A stretch of DNA of 64,000 nt from Squalus acanthias (taxonomy: Eukaryota): assembly GCA_030390025.1 (NCBI GenBank), contig JASTWF010000344.1:124001-188000 (forward strand), in the 5' to 3' direction. The notes beneath the pieces were generated by a model, which was not told where the DNA came from, searched no databases, and worked only from the letters and a program-made list of their open reading frames with translations. Positions 41,981 to 55,824 of the stretch are shown here, piece after piece (the first letter of the stretch is position 1; the number at the start of each line of letters is the position of its first letter). The translations under genes were made by a program, and so were the position numbers.

Positions 41981-44570
41981 TTGTGTCCACCTCACAATTA
42001 CAATTGTTGCACACAGATCATTTACTTCAGCCACTGCACTGAATCCTGCAGAGAGCACAGCTTTAATGCCTCTGAAGGCTTGGAATTTCTCCCACACTCG
42101 ACCTCAATTATCGATTATGCCACATATCTGAAATCACTGAATGGCTGCGGTCAATCAATGAGCCCTTGCCTATGCACAAGCCTGGTTTACATTTACTGGG
42201 AACCTCCTTTACCAACTGCAATTTAAACAGAACGACACGTCGCCACGCAATCCAGACACGACCAAAATGTGGAGGCTCTCCATTATCCACCAAAATCTCA
42301 AGCAAGAGAGATTTTGTCTCCATATTGCTGGATATTCCGCTCTACATCAATAAACAGACAAGAGCCAGCTGCAATACTTTCATGCAATAGGCTGCAGATG
42401 ATGTGCACAAAAGACAGTAAATCCTTTTTAACGTGTAACCGAAAAAGTATTCATTAATTTTATACAACATATGTATAAGCCACATACTAGTGATCAGTGG
42501 CACAATAATCCACCTCTCCACTTTTGAAAAAATCCTCGAACTCCATCCTTTCAATCGAACTGTAAATCACTCCCAAACCCCACCGTAGCTCTGCATCCAC
42601 TCATTTAATTTATTTATTTTCACTCCTGCCTACCCCCCAACAAGGGCTTTGTATTCTTTCTACATTAAAGTCACGATATAAATGCAATCTATTGTAATAG
42701 TCAAAGTGATACAATTACAATACAGTAAAAGATCACGAGGTCTCCTTGACAGTAGCCTCTATCTGCAAAAGATAGTTCATTACTTGGCACTGTGTACACA
42801 GAAAAGCAAATACCTGCGCTGTGCTTCAATAAAGTGCCACTAGCGATCCCATCGTGAGCGCTGCACAAAGGGAGGACTTTGTTAGTATCTGCTGCACTTT
42901 ACTCCATGTCGCATGGTAAGAACTTGCACTCAAAAGCATGAGAAGACATGAATCGCCAAGTCAAACAGTTATTTAAGTCACACAAGGCTTATTATAGATC
43001 TAAAAACAATCTCGCAGCCAAATGTTAAAAGCTGTAACACAATCCGAGTTATGAGGACTGCATTTTGGTCTTCAGAACCTCGACTGTGTAACAGCTTGTA
43101 ACATACTTCTGGAATAACTGTGTAAAATGAGACCTGTGTAACGTACAGTTCCGAGGGGTCAAATGCAGTCAATCTACAACACAAGGTCGACTAGATAATG
43201 TAGCCACTGTTCATTCAGGTGATAACTTTGAGCATGAATGTACAAGAGGAACATTTATAAATCTAAAAGAAAGTCTCTAATGTTGTAAAAAAATTCTGTA
43301 GCTTAAAATGGAATTTAGATAATAGAATGCAGAAGGTGCTACAGGCTGTGATTCAATCGCTACACTTTCAATTCCTTCAGATCCACTTTGACGTCATTGG
43401 AGCTCAGCCAAGGCGAGAGAAACAGTACCCTGTGCAATTCATCTGTAAAAACTGCATTTTATGTGGCATTTGTGAAAATGTTCAGCTTCCAATTACTCAA
43501 ACCCCATCACAATATTCTCTGAAAAGTAAGTCATCGTTCAATTAATAAAATGCATTTAAAGGTTCTTTGCTAAATTTGAGAGAATGTGTGGCTTTATTCT
43601 GCGGTGCAAGTGTAGGAAGCTTTGTAGGAGGTACCCATGGTGCTCACACCTGCTGTATCGGTGACTATCTGCAGTAAGGATTTTAATCAGCTTGCTTCCA
43701 TCTGTTCCTCTGAAGTGCCCCAGAGCACACACACGGGATGGGATTACACTTTTAGAAATGTGTTATTATGGTGATAAAATTTCTAATAAGGAAATAAACA
43801 TATTGCCAGTATAAACAACGTGCACTTTAAAATGAGGGCCGTGTGATGTAGCTGTAGCCAGGATATGGAGCATAAAGATAAAGTACAGTTTGTAGAGTGA
43901 CACATGCCCTCTGACCAAGCACATCGCAAGTCACCTGGTTTAAAACTGAAAACTGTCACCAGCCTTCCTGCTTCATCTAAAATGGCAATCCCAGGCCTCC
44001 CTCCACCAGCACCTCTCCAGGACCATCATCCAATCAACAGGCTGTCCACCAAGACTGGGACACATACCTCCACTCGTCAGTGAGCATAAATTTAAGATTA
44101 GCACCTAGGGAGGGATCAGAGTTTCTTAATGTGAAGGATTGGAATGTCAGGATATTTCCCCAACTAGCCTCTGAGAAGCACTGTAGAACTTTTTCTACAT
44201 TAAAAAAATGTAAGTCATTCTTGAGTGTCTGACCAGAAACAGTGCTGGAAATAGAATTCCCAACTGCTTTTGAAAGGGAAGTGGGTAAATATTTGAAAAA
44301 GAAAAATTTTAAAGGGTAAAAGGCTAGGGGAATAGGACTAAGTGAATAGCATTTCAGAGAGTCAGAACAAGTGTGATGGGTCAAATGGCCTCCTTCTGTG
44401 CTGTAGTTCTATGAACTCAAAGCAATTCAGTGACCAGCAGTCTGGATGAAAAAGTAAAAACCCCATCACGTTCCCAAGAACAATCCTTCCACATTGCCGT
44501 AGAGCCTGAAGGACAATAACCAAGTCAATGGTGCTTCAGAACCCATGAATAGAAACAGCGCAAGCGTAAT

Positions 44571-45018
44571 GTGTCAGCTGTGACTCAGTGGGCAGCACCC
44601 TCGCCTCAGAGTCAGAAGGTTGTGGGTTCAAGTCTCACTCCAGAGACTCGAGTACAAAAATCCAGGCTGACACTCCAGTGCAGTACTGAGGGAGCGCTGC
44701 ACTGTCGGAGGTGTCGTCTTTCAGATGAGACGTTAAATCGAGGCCCCCTCTCAGGTGGACGTAAAAGATCCCGTGGTACTATTTCGAAGAGCTGGGGAGT
44801 TACCCCTGGTGTCCCGGCCAATAGTTATCCATCAACATCACTAAAACAGATCATCTGGTCATTATCACACTGCTGTTTGTGGGATCTTGCTGTGCGCAAA
44901 TTGGCTGCTGCATTTCCGACATTACAACAGTGACTGCACTTCAAAAGTACTTTATTGGCTGTAAAGCGCTTTGGGATATCCGGTGGTCGTGAAAGGCGCT
45001 ACAGAAATGCAAGTCTTT
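44571..45018 (+). mobile_element. Full-length tRNA-derived DeuSINE (SacSINE1-like)
   Basis: Pol III A-box (TGACTCAGTGG) and B-box (GGTTCAAGTC); Deu-like core CTTTCAGATGAGACGTTAAA...; L2-like tail ...GCGCTACAGAAATGCAAG. Confidence 0.85.
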
Positions 45019-45023
45019 ATTTA

Positions 45024-45423
45024 CAGGAAACTCTTTATTAACCGGCACCGACGGGACTGGCGTGGTGCCGGTTTATCGAAAGTACCGGATAACGGAGAGT
45101 TATATCTACCGAGGCTATTTTTAACAAAGAAAAATAAATAAATCAAGAAATGTGCAGTATACTTCCGACAGCGCCAGGAGGCCGAGTAGTGGCACTTTTG
45201 AAAACTACCCCTACTGACTAAATCGGCGTTCGCGGACTCGGACTCGGGATCGGCAACATTGCCAGTTATTTGAGAGGAGTTTTCGGAGTACTCGGCGTTC
45301 GCGGAGACTCGACTGCGACTCGGCAACATTGCCGGTTATTTGAGAGGAGTTTTTGGAGGATGATTTTTGCCGGTTAAGCGAGAATTCCGGATATTTGGGT
45401 GCCGGATAAACAAAAGTTTCCTG
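45024..45423. mobile_element. Tc1/mariner (pogo/Tigger-like) MITE, 400 bp
   Basis: TA|CAGGAAACT...AGTTTCCTG|TA; internal CCGG-rich motifs and an approximately 70-bp direct repeat. Confidence 0.82.
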
Positions 45424-47559
45424 TATTTACATTCTTTAAATCAAATTACTGGATAATTTTAGGGTTTTGGTGCAAAAGTGACTGAGTTGTTAGGAGTGGA
45501 TTTATACACTAAAGGCTCCTCCAACCCATCATACTGAACATCCACTTGAATAAGGTGAATGCGTCAAAAATACATGAGTGAGACAGGCTAACCGCATTGT
45601 TTCACATTCACAGATCATCAACAGTGTTTGAAGCAAGAGTCTTTGGGCACTGGGACACAAAGCAGTCCATCAGCCTGGTTCAGTTGGGAACACTCTTGCC
45701 TTGGAGTTTAAACCCCTTCAGGAGCAGTAATGGGGAATGCTTGCATACAAAAGATTTAAAGAGAGATACTAGTACGACTTACAGTACCATCGAGAGCTTC
45801 TCTTTCTTCAGTGGTAGCCATTCTATTTCAATAACTTGCATTTATATATTACCTTTAATGTAGTAAAACGTTCTACACAAGAGCAGAATCACCAGATACT
45901 GACCTCTGCTGATCCTTCCACTGCACTTTTGCTAAAAGAATCGTCATTCCCCCTCCCCAGTAAAATGGCAATTGTCAGAACACTATTCCACTGCCCAAAG
46001 GTACACTGTAGAACAAATGTGTACATCAAAAATATGCCACACCAAAGCACACAGCGTAGCTATTCAAAGTGCCAGTCAGCACGAAGCAGCTTCCACTCAG
46101 AGTGCCTGTTTGAAACTTAATGAATACAAAATACAAGAGCCGATAGTAAAGCAGCCCGAGGAGAGGCTGAGCAGCTGTTTAACGTGCTGGAGAGTACACC
46201 GATCACTTCTACTGATCATTTGGGCACCTGCCAAATCAATCATTACATCCATTAAATCAATGCCAGTTAAGTGACTTGGGACTCCCATTCACAAAACATT
46301 TTAATGTGCAGGAGAGATCGTCAACTACCTCTCCAGGCCAATTCCAATTTGAGCACCTTGTAATGTTGGATCCTAGTATTCACAACACAGAGCAGGGACG
46401 CATCAGCAACATGTCTAATCTGTTCATTAATATTAAAGATTTTGCTTCTGCGCGGTAGACAACTTTCCATTACAAATTTCTCTATTGACATTTAGAATGA
46501 AAACTGCCTATGTAAACGTCACGCTGTACTTACACCCTCCGGCCAGTGATGGTGATGGCTGCGGTGCCACTGCTAGCAGAGGGTGCAATTACATGAGAAG
46601 TTTACATAGGCAAGTACCTTTCTAAATGTTAGCAGAAATTTATAATGGGAATACAAAAATAAGCAGAGAACGCCTGACTTTAAAATGGGAACTTAATACC
46701 ACGTGCATGCAGTGATCAGACTATCCCCTGACCTTTAACCCCATTTCACCAGAAGACTACACTCCGGCTTTGACTCATGTGCAATGCCATGGGAGATTAA
46801 CTAGTAAGTTGTATATTTTATGTGCGAGCCTTAACATGCGCCCTGCTTTGTTCCTGCTTTTGATTCTTTAAAAATAGACTTGCATTTATATAGCACCTTT
46901 CGCGACCACCGGACGTCTCAAAGCACTTTACAGCCAATGAAGTATTTTTGGAGTGAAGTCACTGTTGTAATGTACCGGGAGGAGCTGGTGCCAAGACCGC
47001 CAATGTGTAACTAATTCCCAGTACTCCCACTAATCAACAAGCAGGATTCAAGTGTCAAACCTGTAAGGCTACATCAGAAAGTAATCTGCAAAATTAATGT
47101 GGGAAATGAAACCTGGAATAACTTCAGAGAAAGCAGCCAGGGAAGCTGTCTGCCTTCAATCTGGCGCCCACAGCAAAAGCTTTCAAACTAAAATGATCCA
47201 AACTCACCTCGCCCTACCTGACCACACAGAGCAGTGATCGGAATACACGATGGAGACCCTTCATATGCAAAGGAGCGACCTTGACACAGAGGTGAATTGA
47301 TGAGTAGGATTTGATATAATCACACCTTCCATCCCTGGGGACATCATGGGCTGGAAATCATGATCCAAGCTGCAATGTTGCCAAATACATCACTACCAGG
47401 GTTCCAACATTGGGGGAGAGGGAAGCAAGACGCAAATGGCAGGTATGGAGAGCAGAGGGAACCAGCGCAAACAATGAAGGATGGTCACCTGACCCACAAA
47501 AATCAAACACACAGGGCAGAGAACATATATACTTCCAAGAATTCACTTAACAGGAGGAT

Positions 47560-47968
47560 ATGGAGTTTCAATGAGAGGGGATCTCATTAAAACATATAAA
47601 ATTCTGACAGGGCTAGACAGACTGGATGCAGGGAGGATGTTTCCTCTGGCTGGGGGGTCAAGAACGAGGGGTCACTGTCTCAGGATACGGGGTAGGACAT
47701 TTAGGACTGAGATGAGGAGAAATTTGTTCACTCAGAGGGTGATGAACCTGTGGAATTCTCCACCACAGAAGGCTGTGGAGGTCAAGTCACTGAATATATT
47801 TAAGAAGGAGATAGATAGATTTCTAGACACAAAACGCATCAAGGGGTATGGGGAGAGAGCGGGAATATGGTATTGAGATAGAGGATCAGCCATGATCATA
47901 TTGAATGGCGGAGCAGGCTCGAAGGGCCGAATGGCCTACTCCTGCTCCTATTTTTCGATGTTTTCTAT
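47560..47968 (+). mobile_element. CR1 3' fragment
   Basis: ORF 47571..47876 and CR1 3' UTR. Confidence 0.92.
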
Positions 47969-48404
47969 ATCTGAAATTATCACACTATGGTAATAGGCAA
48001 TGGGGAGGGGCCCTATTTAGATGAAACTCTGATTTAAACTGCACTACAAGTGCTGACATCCCACACCTCTGACCATATTGCACTGTAAAGTTCAATAACC
48101 ATTTACATTTTCAGAAGAATGTTAAAATACTGCGCCCACTGAACAATGAGCAGTAGAATGGCTAACTCCAAAAGGAAGATTGCTTGTAGAGATTAAAGCT
48201 GTTCACGGGTGATGAAACGTCCTGTGGCCTCACTGTGTGCCCTGTTTATATGAAAAATTGGGAAATTGTAATGCAAAGTCTGGAAGGTACTTTAAAACAT
48301 CCAGTCAAGTGAAGCAGCAGCTCCAGAAAAGGCAGCAACTACCTTATGCTGTCTCCTCGTCCTTAAAGTAATTAAAAGACAAAAGGTGAAAAATATAGGA
48401 AATA

Positions 48405-48785
48405 GAATCAGAGCATAAAAGGAGGCCATTCAGCCCATCGTGCCTGTGCCAGCTCTTTGAAAGAGCTATCCAATTAGTCCCACTCCCCATCCCAAGTATT
48501 TATCCAATTCCCTTTCGAATGTTACTATTGAATCTGCTTCCACCACTCTCGGGCAATGCATTCCAGATCATAACTTGCTACGTAAAAAAAATTCTCCTCA
48601 TCTCCCCTCTGGTTCTTTTGCCAATTATCTCAAATCTGTTACTGACCCCTTGCCAATGAAAACAGTTTCTCCTTGTATCAAAACCCCTCAATTAAATCGC
48701 CCCTTAGCCTTCTCTGCTCCAAGGAGAACAATCCCAGCTTCTCCAGTCTCTCCAAATAACTGACGTCCCTCATCCGTGGTTATTC
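48405..48785 (-). mobile_element. CR1 3' fragment, decayed
   Basis: Reverse similarity to 7740-8185. Confidence 0.8.
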
Positions 48786-49511
48786 AAACTCTTTCCCTGA
48801 AGTAAATCATGTAATATCAGCAACCTGCCCTGAGGACATCAGTCTCCAATCAGCTAGACTGCATTAAGCATTCTCACCTCTGGGTCAGAAGGCTATGGGT
48901 TCAAGACCCACTCCAGGACAAACATAATCTAGGGTGATACACTAGTGCTGCACCGAGTGAGTAGTACACTGCTGGAGTAGCCATCTTCAGGTGAGATGTT
49001 AAACAGAATCTCCGTCTATCTGGGTGCATGTTAAAGATCCCACGTTTCAATTTAACTGTTAAACAGCTGCTTCCAAGCATGTGCCCCAACTATATTTTGC
49101 CACCTAGTCTTTGGGGTCTGAAGGAAAGGTCTTTTTGTTTCAGTTGCTGTTCTTGATGTGGACCACACCATTCTAACCACCCATGGATAACTGGAATGAG
49201 ATCATTTGAATATGACCTCATTCAGTGTTTGGAAGGCCAATGGAACGCCAACCACAAGCACTGTGGCTCCACCATACCGTGCACTGAAGTGAAGTGAGTT
49301 CCAAATCTCTGCCGGCCTTTTGCGAGGAGACACTGACCACACACTGGGGACGGAGAAGAAACCAGACACATCCACACGAACTGGGGGATGGAGAAGAGAA
49401 TGAGAAAGGAATAGACAGAGGCATATGGACATTTGGCACGGGGGTGGGGTGGGGGGAAGCACAGATGCTGCGTTATTGAATGATACCGTGTGTGGCTTCT
49501 AGCAGTGATAT

Positions 49512-50238
49512 AGCATAGAAGATAGGAGCAGGAGTAGGCCATTCGGCCCCTCAAGCCTGCTCCGCCATTTAATGAGATCATGGCTGATCATCCAAATTCA
49601 GTACCCTGTCCCTGCTTTCTCCCCATATCCCTTGATCCCTTTAGCCTTAAGAAATATATCTATCTCCTTCTTGAATATTTTAATGAATTGGCCTCAAATG
49701 CCTTCTGTGGTAGAGAATTCCACAGGTTCACCACTCTCTGGGTGAAGAAATTCCTCCTCATCTCAGTCCTAAATGGCTTACCCCTTATCCTTAGACTGTG
49801 ACCTCTGGTTCTGGACTCCCCCACCATCGGGAACATCCTTCCTGCATCTAGTCTGTCTAGTCCTGTTAGAATTTTATAAGTTTCAATGAGATCCCCTCTC
49901 ATTCTTCTAAACTCTAGCGAATATAAGCCTAATCGACCTAATCTCTCTTCATACGTCATTCCTGCCATCCCAGGTTTCAGTCTGGTAAATCTTCGCTGCA
50001 CTCCCTCCATGGCAAGAACATCCTTCCTCAGATAAGGCAACCAAAACTGCACACAATACTCAAGGTGTGGTCTCACCAAGGCCTTGTACAACTGTAGCAA
50101 GACATCCTTGCTCCTGTACTCGAATCCTCTCGCTATGAAGGCCTACATACCATTTGCCTTCTTAACCGCCTGCTGCACCTGCATGCTTACCTTCAGCGAC
50201 TGGTGCACAAGGACTCCCAGATCTCGTTGCACTTCCCT
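49512..50238 (-). mobile_element. CR1 3' fragment
   Basis: ORF 49660..50100. Confidence 0.93.
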
Positions 50239-52936
50239 AGCAGCACTGGCAGAGACCTGGAGCAGGTCCCCTGCACACCCTCTTTTGTTGGGGATGGTAT
50301 GTGTGAGATAGAGGGGCCAAAGAAAATACTGTTGAGAAAGGGACTTAAACACGCAAAATAGAGAAATCAATAACACGTGGAGTGTAAAAGGCAGTGATCT
50401 TAGCATGCAGTTCAGAGGTCAAACTGCAGGAGTATAGCTTGAGCAGTTTATAACAATCATGTTTGAAAATCAGATAAGATTTGATATTCATTATTTTGAA
50501 CAATATATACATCCTGTTGTACACGGGGGAGTTTAAGTACAGTTTATGAGCTAGTAGGAGCCAATGAAGATGCCAAATGCTAGCGCACTCCATGTCCTTG
50601 GCGCACAGCAATAATCACACAAGAGGATGATTGTGACATTTCTGCAACTTAAAATCAAGAAACATTCTGATTAGCAAATGTTATACATCAAACATGCTAC
50701 AATCATTCAGCAAAGGTCCCAATCAAGAGTTACATTTCACCCTACAGTCACACACCGACATCTGGCTTCTTAGAGATCAACCTCCCCACATCTGGGATTG
50801 GTGGGTACACACCGTTTCATTAGCAGAGGAAGGGCTCAGGGCAGGCTCGACTGTCGCACAAACAGATTCAAGAATGAGTGTGCTGAAGCAACCCACCACT
50901 TATGCCACCAGTGGATTATAGTCATCACATTCGCTGGAGTCCCTTATACACAAATTCTACACCATCGTGCTCCAAATTCAACATTTCCCACACAATAAGA
51001 TCTTTTTTGTTCAGCTCCCTAAAAGGCTCCACAGACAGCACAGCCACTGTACGAGTCAGCAACAGCCCTGTGCAGGAGCGAGCTGTCTATTTCTCAACGC
51101 ATGCCCTCTTGTTCTCGATTCCTCAGACATCTCTAAGAGTTTACCAGCTTTAGGTGACAAACCCGAACCTTGAACCCACTCAAACTTCCTCCTGCAGGAG
51201 AACGGGTGGATTCGCCATAGGCATTCCACTTCTGGGAACCTGGGAACGAGTCCAGCCCAAACTGATGGTCTGTCTGTTGGCTGCAGTCGTGTGCAATGAG
51301 CCCACAGGTGATAATTTAGCACAAACTGACAGCATCACCAAGAGGCCAGAAGTACTGGTGTGGAAGGTAGAGAAATCCTATTGATAAGTGACTCTGCTGG
51401 GTAGAGTAATGGGAGTTTTACTCTGCTGCGAACTGGCTGCACTTGCACTGGGAGTCAAGTGAGAACATTTGCTCCAATCCCTAGCACGAATATCCTTCAC
51501 CTTGACCAGCACAAGTCACCAAAAATACCATTTTGCTAGACAGTCATTTTAATTCTTACCACCAGCAGATCCAGCCATTCACCCAACAGTTTCTGCTGTA
51601 TTGGAGATCGACAGAGAGGTTCGTAAACAGGTAAGCTGGGCTGACAGAATATACCCTGAACAGCCTGTAACATCACAATGAACCAGAGGTCCCTTCACAT
51701 TACCTCACCCGACACTGTGCACCTGTCACACAGCGAGTCAAACACACTCTTACACCAAATGCAATTTAAAGGAATTCTCCGTGGACAGCTCACAACAATC
51801 ATGAAGTGCTGCAATACTAGGAAGTAAATTAAAGTTTCTTATATGGTATTTTTCTGCTTAATAATGCAATATCTGTCAGACAGATGAGAATAATCCCAGC
51901 AATTACCCTCTTCCCGGGCTCATTTTCAGAATATTACCATGCTCCAAGATAAGAGGAGGATGTGGGAGAGCTGTGGCTCCTTCAGCCCCGCATACTAGTG
52001 AGATGAAGTGTTTAAAAGCAGGTGTGGCAGTATTCTAGTGTAGAAACACTTCACTCTCAGTCCTTGCCTCAATTCTGGACTTGTCATTCAGCACCCCAAC
52101 ATCATGGGGCACAGGGGAGCATCACGTAGAGTACTGAATCAATGCAATCCATCCTCGACACTGGGATATTAAATATATTTCAGACACAACCTCCTACATT
52201 TTCCAACATAATTCCGCCCAATTTATTACACAATTGATGTGGTGTTTACAGCAGCTTCAGAGAAACACACTACTTTTTCACCAGAACCTCAACCGACTGC
52301 AACCTACACCCTGTGCTAAGGTTCTGTGCAGCACTCCCTCTCCTTAGTTACTGCATCCTCACTACTTTGAAATGAGGACTTAAAGTATGACCTCCTACTC
52401 TCATTCTCTCCCAGCTCAATATGTGGACACAAATATTTTAAACTCAAAAAAAGTGCTTCACCAGCTTTGTAATAATGGCCATGAGGCCTTGATCCAGACT
52501 ACGATTACATGAATCACCCACAAGTACTGCACTCCATTACAGCAGGTAAATCAAATATCCAATTTCTCTTCCCACCTGCATGCTGGTCCCACTTGTTGCT
52601 GTACCTGAACTATACATCTCCCAATCCCTCGGACCATCGTGCTGTAAAACCCGAGGTAAGTCACTCGGAATCTTTACGTGGAATTTTAATTGTTCTCTTA
52701 CTCCTGCTGATGCACCTAACTGTCATTTTTAAACACGAACAGGGATTGTGTAACTTTCCTCACACCACAGAAACAGGGTCTTGTGATGTCTGGGGAGGGG
52801 CTTCACCTCACAAATGTGTTTTTGTACCTGGCATCAGCTTGTGCCGGAGTCCATGAATTGTTGTGTGCACCAGACTAAATCCAACCGTGTGGTGCTGACA
52901 ATGACAACTGAAGTTAAGTCTAACTGAGGCTTATTT

Positions 52937-54568
52937 CCCCAACCATCCCAACCCTCAAACTCCCCCACCCCCATCCCAACCCTAAGACTCACCACCCCCC
53001 ATCACACCCTCAAACTACCCCACCCCCATCCCAACCCTCAGACTCCCCCACCCCCCATCGCACCCTCAGACTCCCCCACCCCCCATCGCACCCTCAGACT
53101 CCCCCACCCCCCATCGCACCCTCAGACTCCCCCACCCCCCATCGCACCCTCAGACTCCCCCACCCCCCATCGCACCCTCAGACTCCCCCACCCCCCATCG
53201 CACCCTCAGACTCCCCCACCCCCCATCGCACCCTCAGACTCCCCCACCCCCCATCGCAACCCTGACTCCCCCACCTCCCATCGCAACCCTGACTCCCCCA
53301 CCCCCATCCCAACCCTGACTCCCCCACCCCCATCCCAACCCTGACTCCCCCACCCCCATCCCAACCCTGACTCCCCCACCCCCATCCCAACCCTGACTCC
53401 CCCACCCCCATCCCAACCCAGACTCACCGCCCCCCATCGCAACCCTCAGACTCACCGCCCCCCATCGCAACCCTCAGACTCACCGCCCCCCATCGCACCC
53501 TCAGACCGCCCGCCCCCCATCGCACCCTCAGACCGCCCCCCATCGCACCCTCAGACCGCCCCCCATCGCACCCTCAGACCGCCCGCCCCCCATCGCACCC
53601 TCAGACCGCCCGCCCCCCATCGCACCCTCAGACCGCCCGCCCCCCATCGCACCCTCAGACCGCCCGCCCCCCATCGCACCCTCAGACCGCCCCCCATCGC
53701 ACCCTCAGACCGCCCCCCCATCGCACCCTCAGACCGCCCCCCATCGCCCCCTCAGACCGACCGCCCCCCATCGCACCCTCAGACCGACCGCCCCCCATCG
53801 CACCCTCAGACCGACCGCCCCCCATCGCACCCTCAGACCGACCGCCCCCCATCGCACCCTCAGACCGACCGCCCCCCATCGCACCCTCAGACCGACCGCC
53901 CCCATCGCACCCTCAGACCGACCGCCCCATCGCCCCCTCAGACCGACCGCCCCCCATCGCCCCCTCAGACCGACCGCCCCCCATCGCCCCCTCAGACCGA
54001 CCGCCCCCCATCGCCCCCTCAGACCGACCGCCCCCCATCGCCCCCTCAGACCGACCGCCCCCCATCGCCCCCTCAGACCGACCGCCCCCCATCGCCCCCT
54101 CAGACCGACCGCCCCCCATCGCCCCTCAGACCGACCGCCCCCCCCATCGCACCCTCAGACCGACCGCCCCCCCCATCGCACCCTCAGACCGACCGCCCCC
54201 CCATCGCACCCTCAGACCCACCGCCCCCCATCGCACCCTCAGACCCACCGCCCCCCATCGCACCCTCAGACCCACCGCCCCCCATCGCCCCCTCAGACCG
54301 ACCGCCCCCCATCGCACCCTCAGACCGACCGCCCCCATCGCACCCTCAGACCGCCCCCCATCGCACCCTCAGACCGCCCCCCATCGCACCCTCAGACCGC
54401 CCCCCATCGCACCCTCAGACCGCCCCCCATCGCACCCTCAGACCGCCCCCCATCGCACCCTCAGACCGCCCCCCATCGCACCCTCAGACCGCCCCCCATC
54501 GCACCCTCAGACCGCCCCCCATCGCACCCTCAGACCGCCCCCCATCGCACCCTCAGACCGCCCCCCAT
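52937..54568. repeat. 1.6-kb C-rich minisatellite (23-29 bp units, core CCCCATCGCACCCTCAGAC) near the start of intron 1
   Basis: Directly visible tandem array. Confidence 0.97.
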
Positions 54569-54854
54569 ACCTGCATAATCCCCACCTCCCCGCATACTCC
54601 CATTCCTCCAGCAGACCCACAGGCCCCTGCTGGGAGAATATCCCCACCCCTGGGTATCGGCCTGTGCCGCCTAGTGGGCCATTGGATGGGGCTTTGGAGC
54701 CGCTTCCTGCCGCCCCATGTGCGTCTTTTTCGGGCCCCCGAGGCCGAGGCTATGACGGGCCGCACTCTGACCGCCAGGCTCGGACTCGGCCAACCCCTGG
54801 CGCGCCTGACGGGGGAAGCTGGGCCGCGCAGCCTGGGCCTGGCGTGCGGGGTTA

Positions 54855-55085
<231 letters not shown>

Positions 55086-55136
55086 TCAAAAACCCGCGGA
55101 CAACCGCAGCGGCGCGCGCCCGGCCCGGGGGTGGGG

Positions 55137-55362
55137 GGTGAGGCGGGCTCGGGCCTCTCGGTGAGGCGGGCGCGGGCTCGGGCCTCTCGGTGAGGCGGGC
55201 TCGGGGGGCGCTTGGTGAGGCCGGGGCGTTCGGTGAGGCGCGGGCTCGGGGCTCTCGGTGAGGCGGGGGGCCGGGGCGTTCGGTGAGGCGGGGGCTCGGG
55301 GCTCTCGGTGAGGCGGGAGGCCGGGTCGTTCGGTGAGTCGAGGCCGTGGCGTTCGGTGAGGG
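55137..55362. repeat. Degenerate GC-rich tandem repeat (GGTGAGGCGGG...CTC units) in the presumed 5' UTR
   Basis: About ten GGTGAG-anchored units of 20-30 bp just upstream of the ATG. Confidence 0.75.
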
Positions 55363-55412
55363 AGGCAGGCGGGCGCAGCAACAGCGCGAGAGCCGCAACT
55401 CCCCCGCAGCGC

Positions 55413-55509
55413 TGACGTGGTGCACAGAGAGCCGTGACGTGCGTAGCGTCGCCAGGTGGGCTCTGCGTTCGCGGTGACGTCATTCGCCCGGCAAGAAGCG
55501 ATGACGTAA
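55413..55509. promoter_or_regulatory. Cluster of four CRE/ATF-type motifs
   Basis: TGACGT at 55413, 55435, 55475 (full palindrome TGACGTCA) and 55502 (TGACGTAA). Confidence 0.7.
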
Positions 55510-55824
55510 TGCACAAGAGAGCGGCCGGGTGGAGGCGCCACCGAGTGAGTGAGTGTGAGGGAGGCTGAGGGGGTGTTTGTGAGGCGGTGTGAGGGAGAGT
55601 CGGCCCCCTCCGAGCGCCCCATCCCGATGCGGCCCTTTGGGTTACACAGGGTCCGACTGGCCCTTCTTGAAGTATTTTCTTGGTCTACCCTGAACCCCAT
55701 GTCAGCCCAATGTGGTAATGGGATGACTTCCTCCTCCCCCTAGTTAATGCCTTTCTGGGTTAATATCCCACTGATTAATCCCCTTCAATATGCTCTCTGG
55801 TTACTACTCTCCTCCTCCAAATGT

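Noticed and set aside
44571..44645. tRNA gene
   Set aside because: The A and B boxes belong to a SINE head that continues into the SINE body; no complete cloverleaf.
46572..46586. CTCF-like motif CTAGCAGAGGGTGC
   Set aside because: A single imperfect match that cannot be distinguished from chance without ChIP or conservation data.
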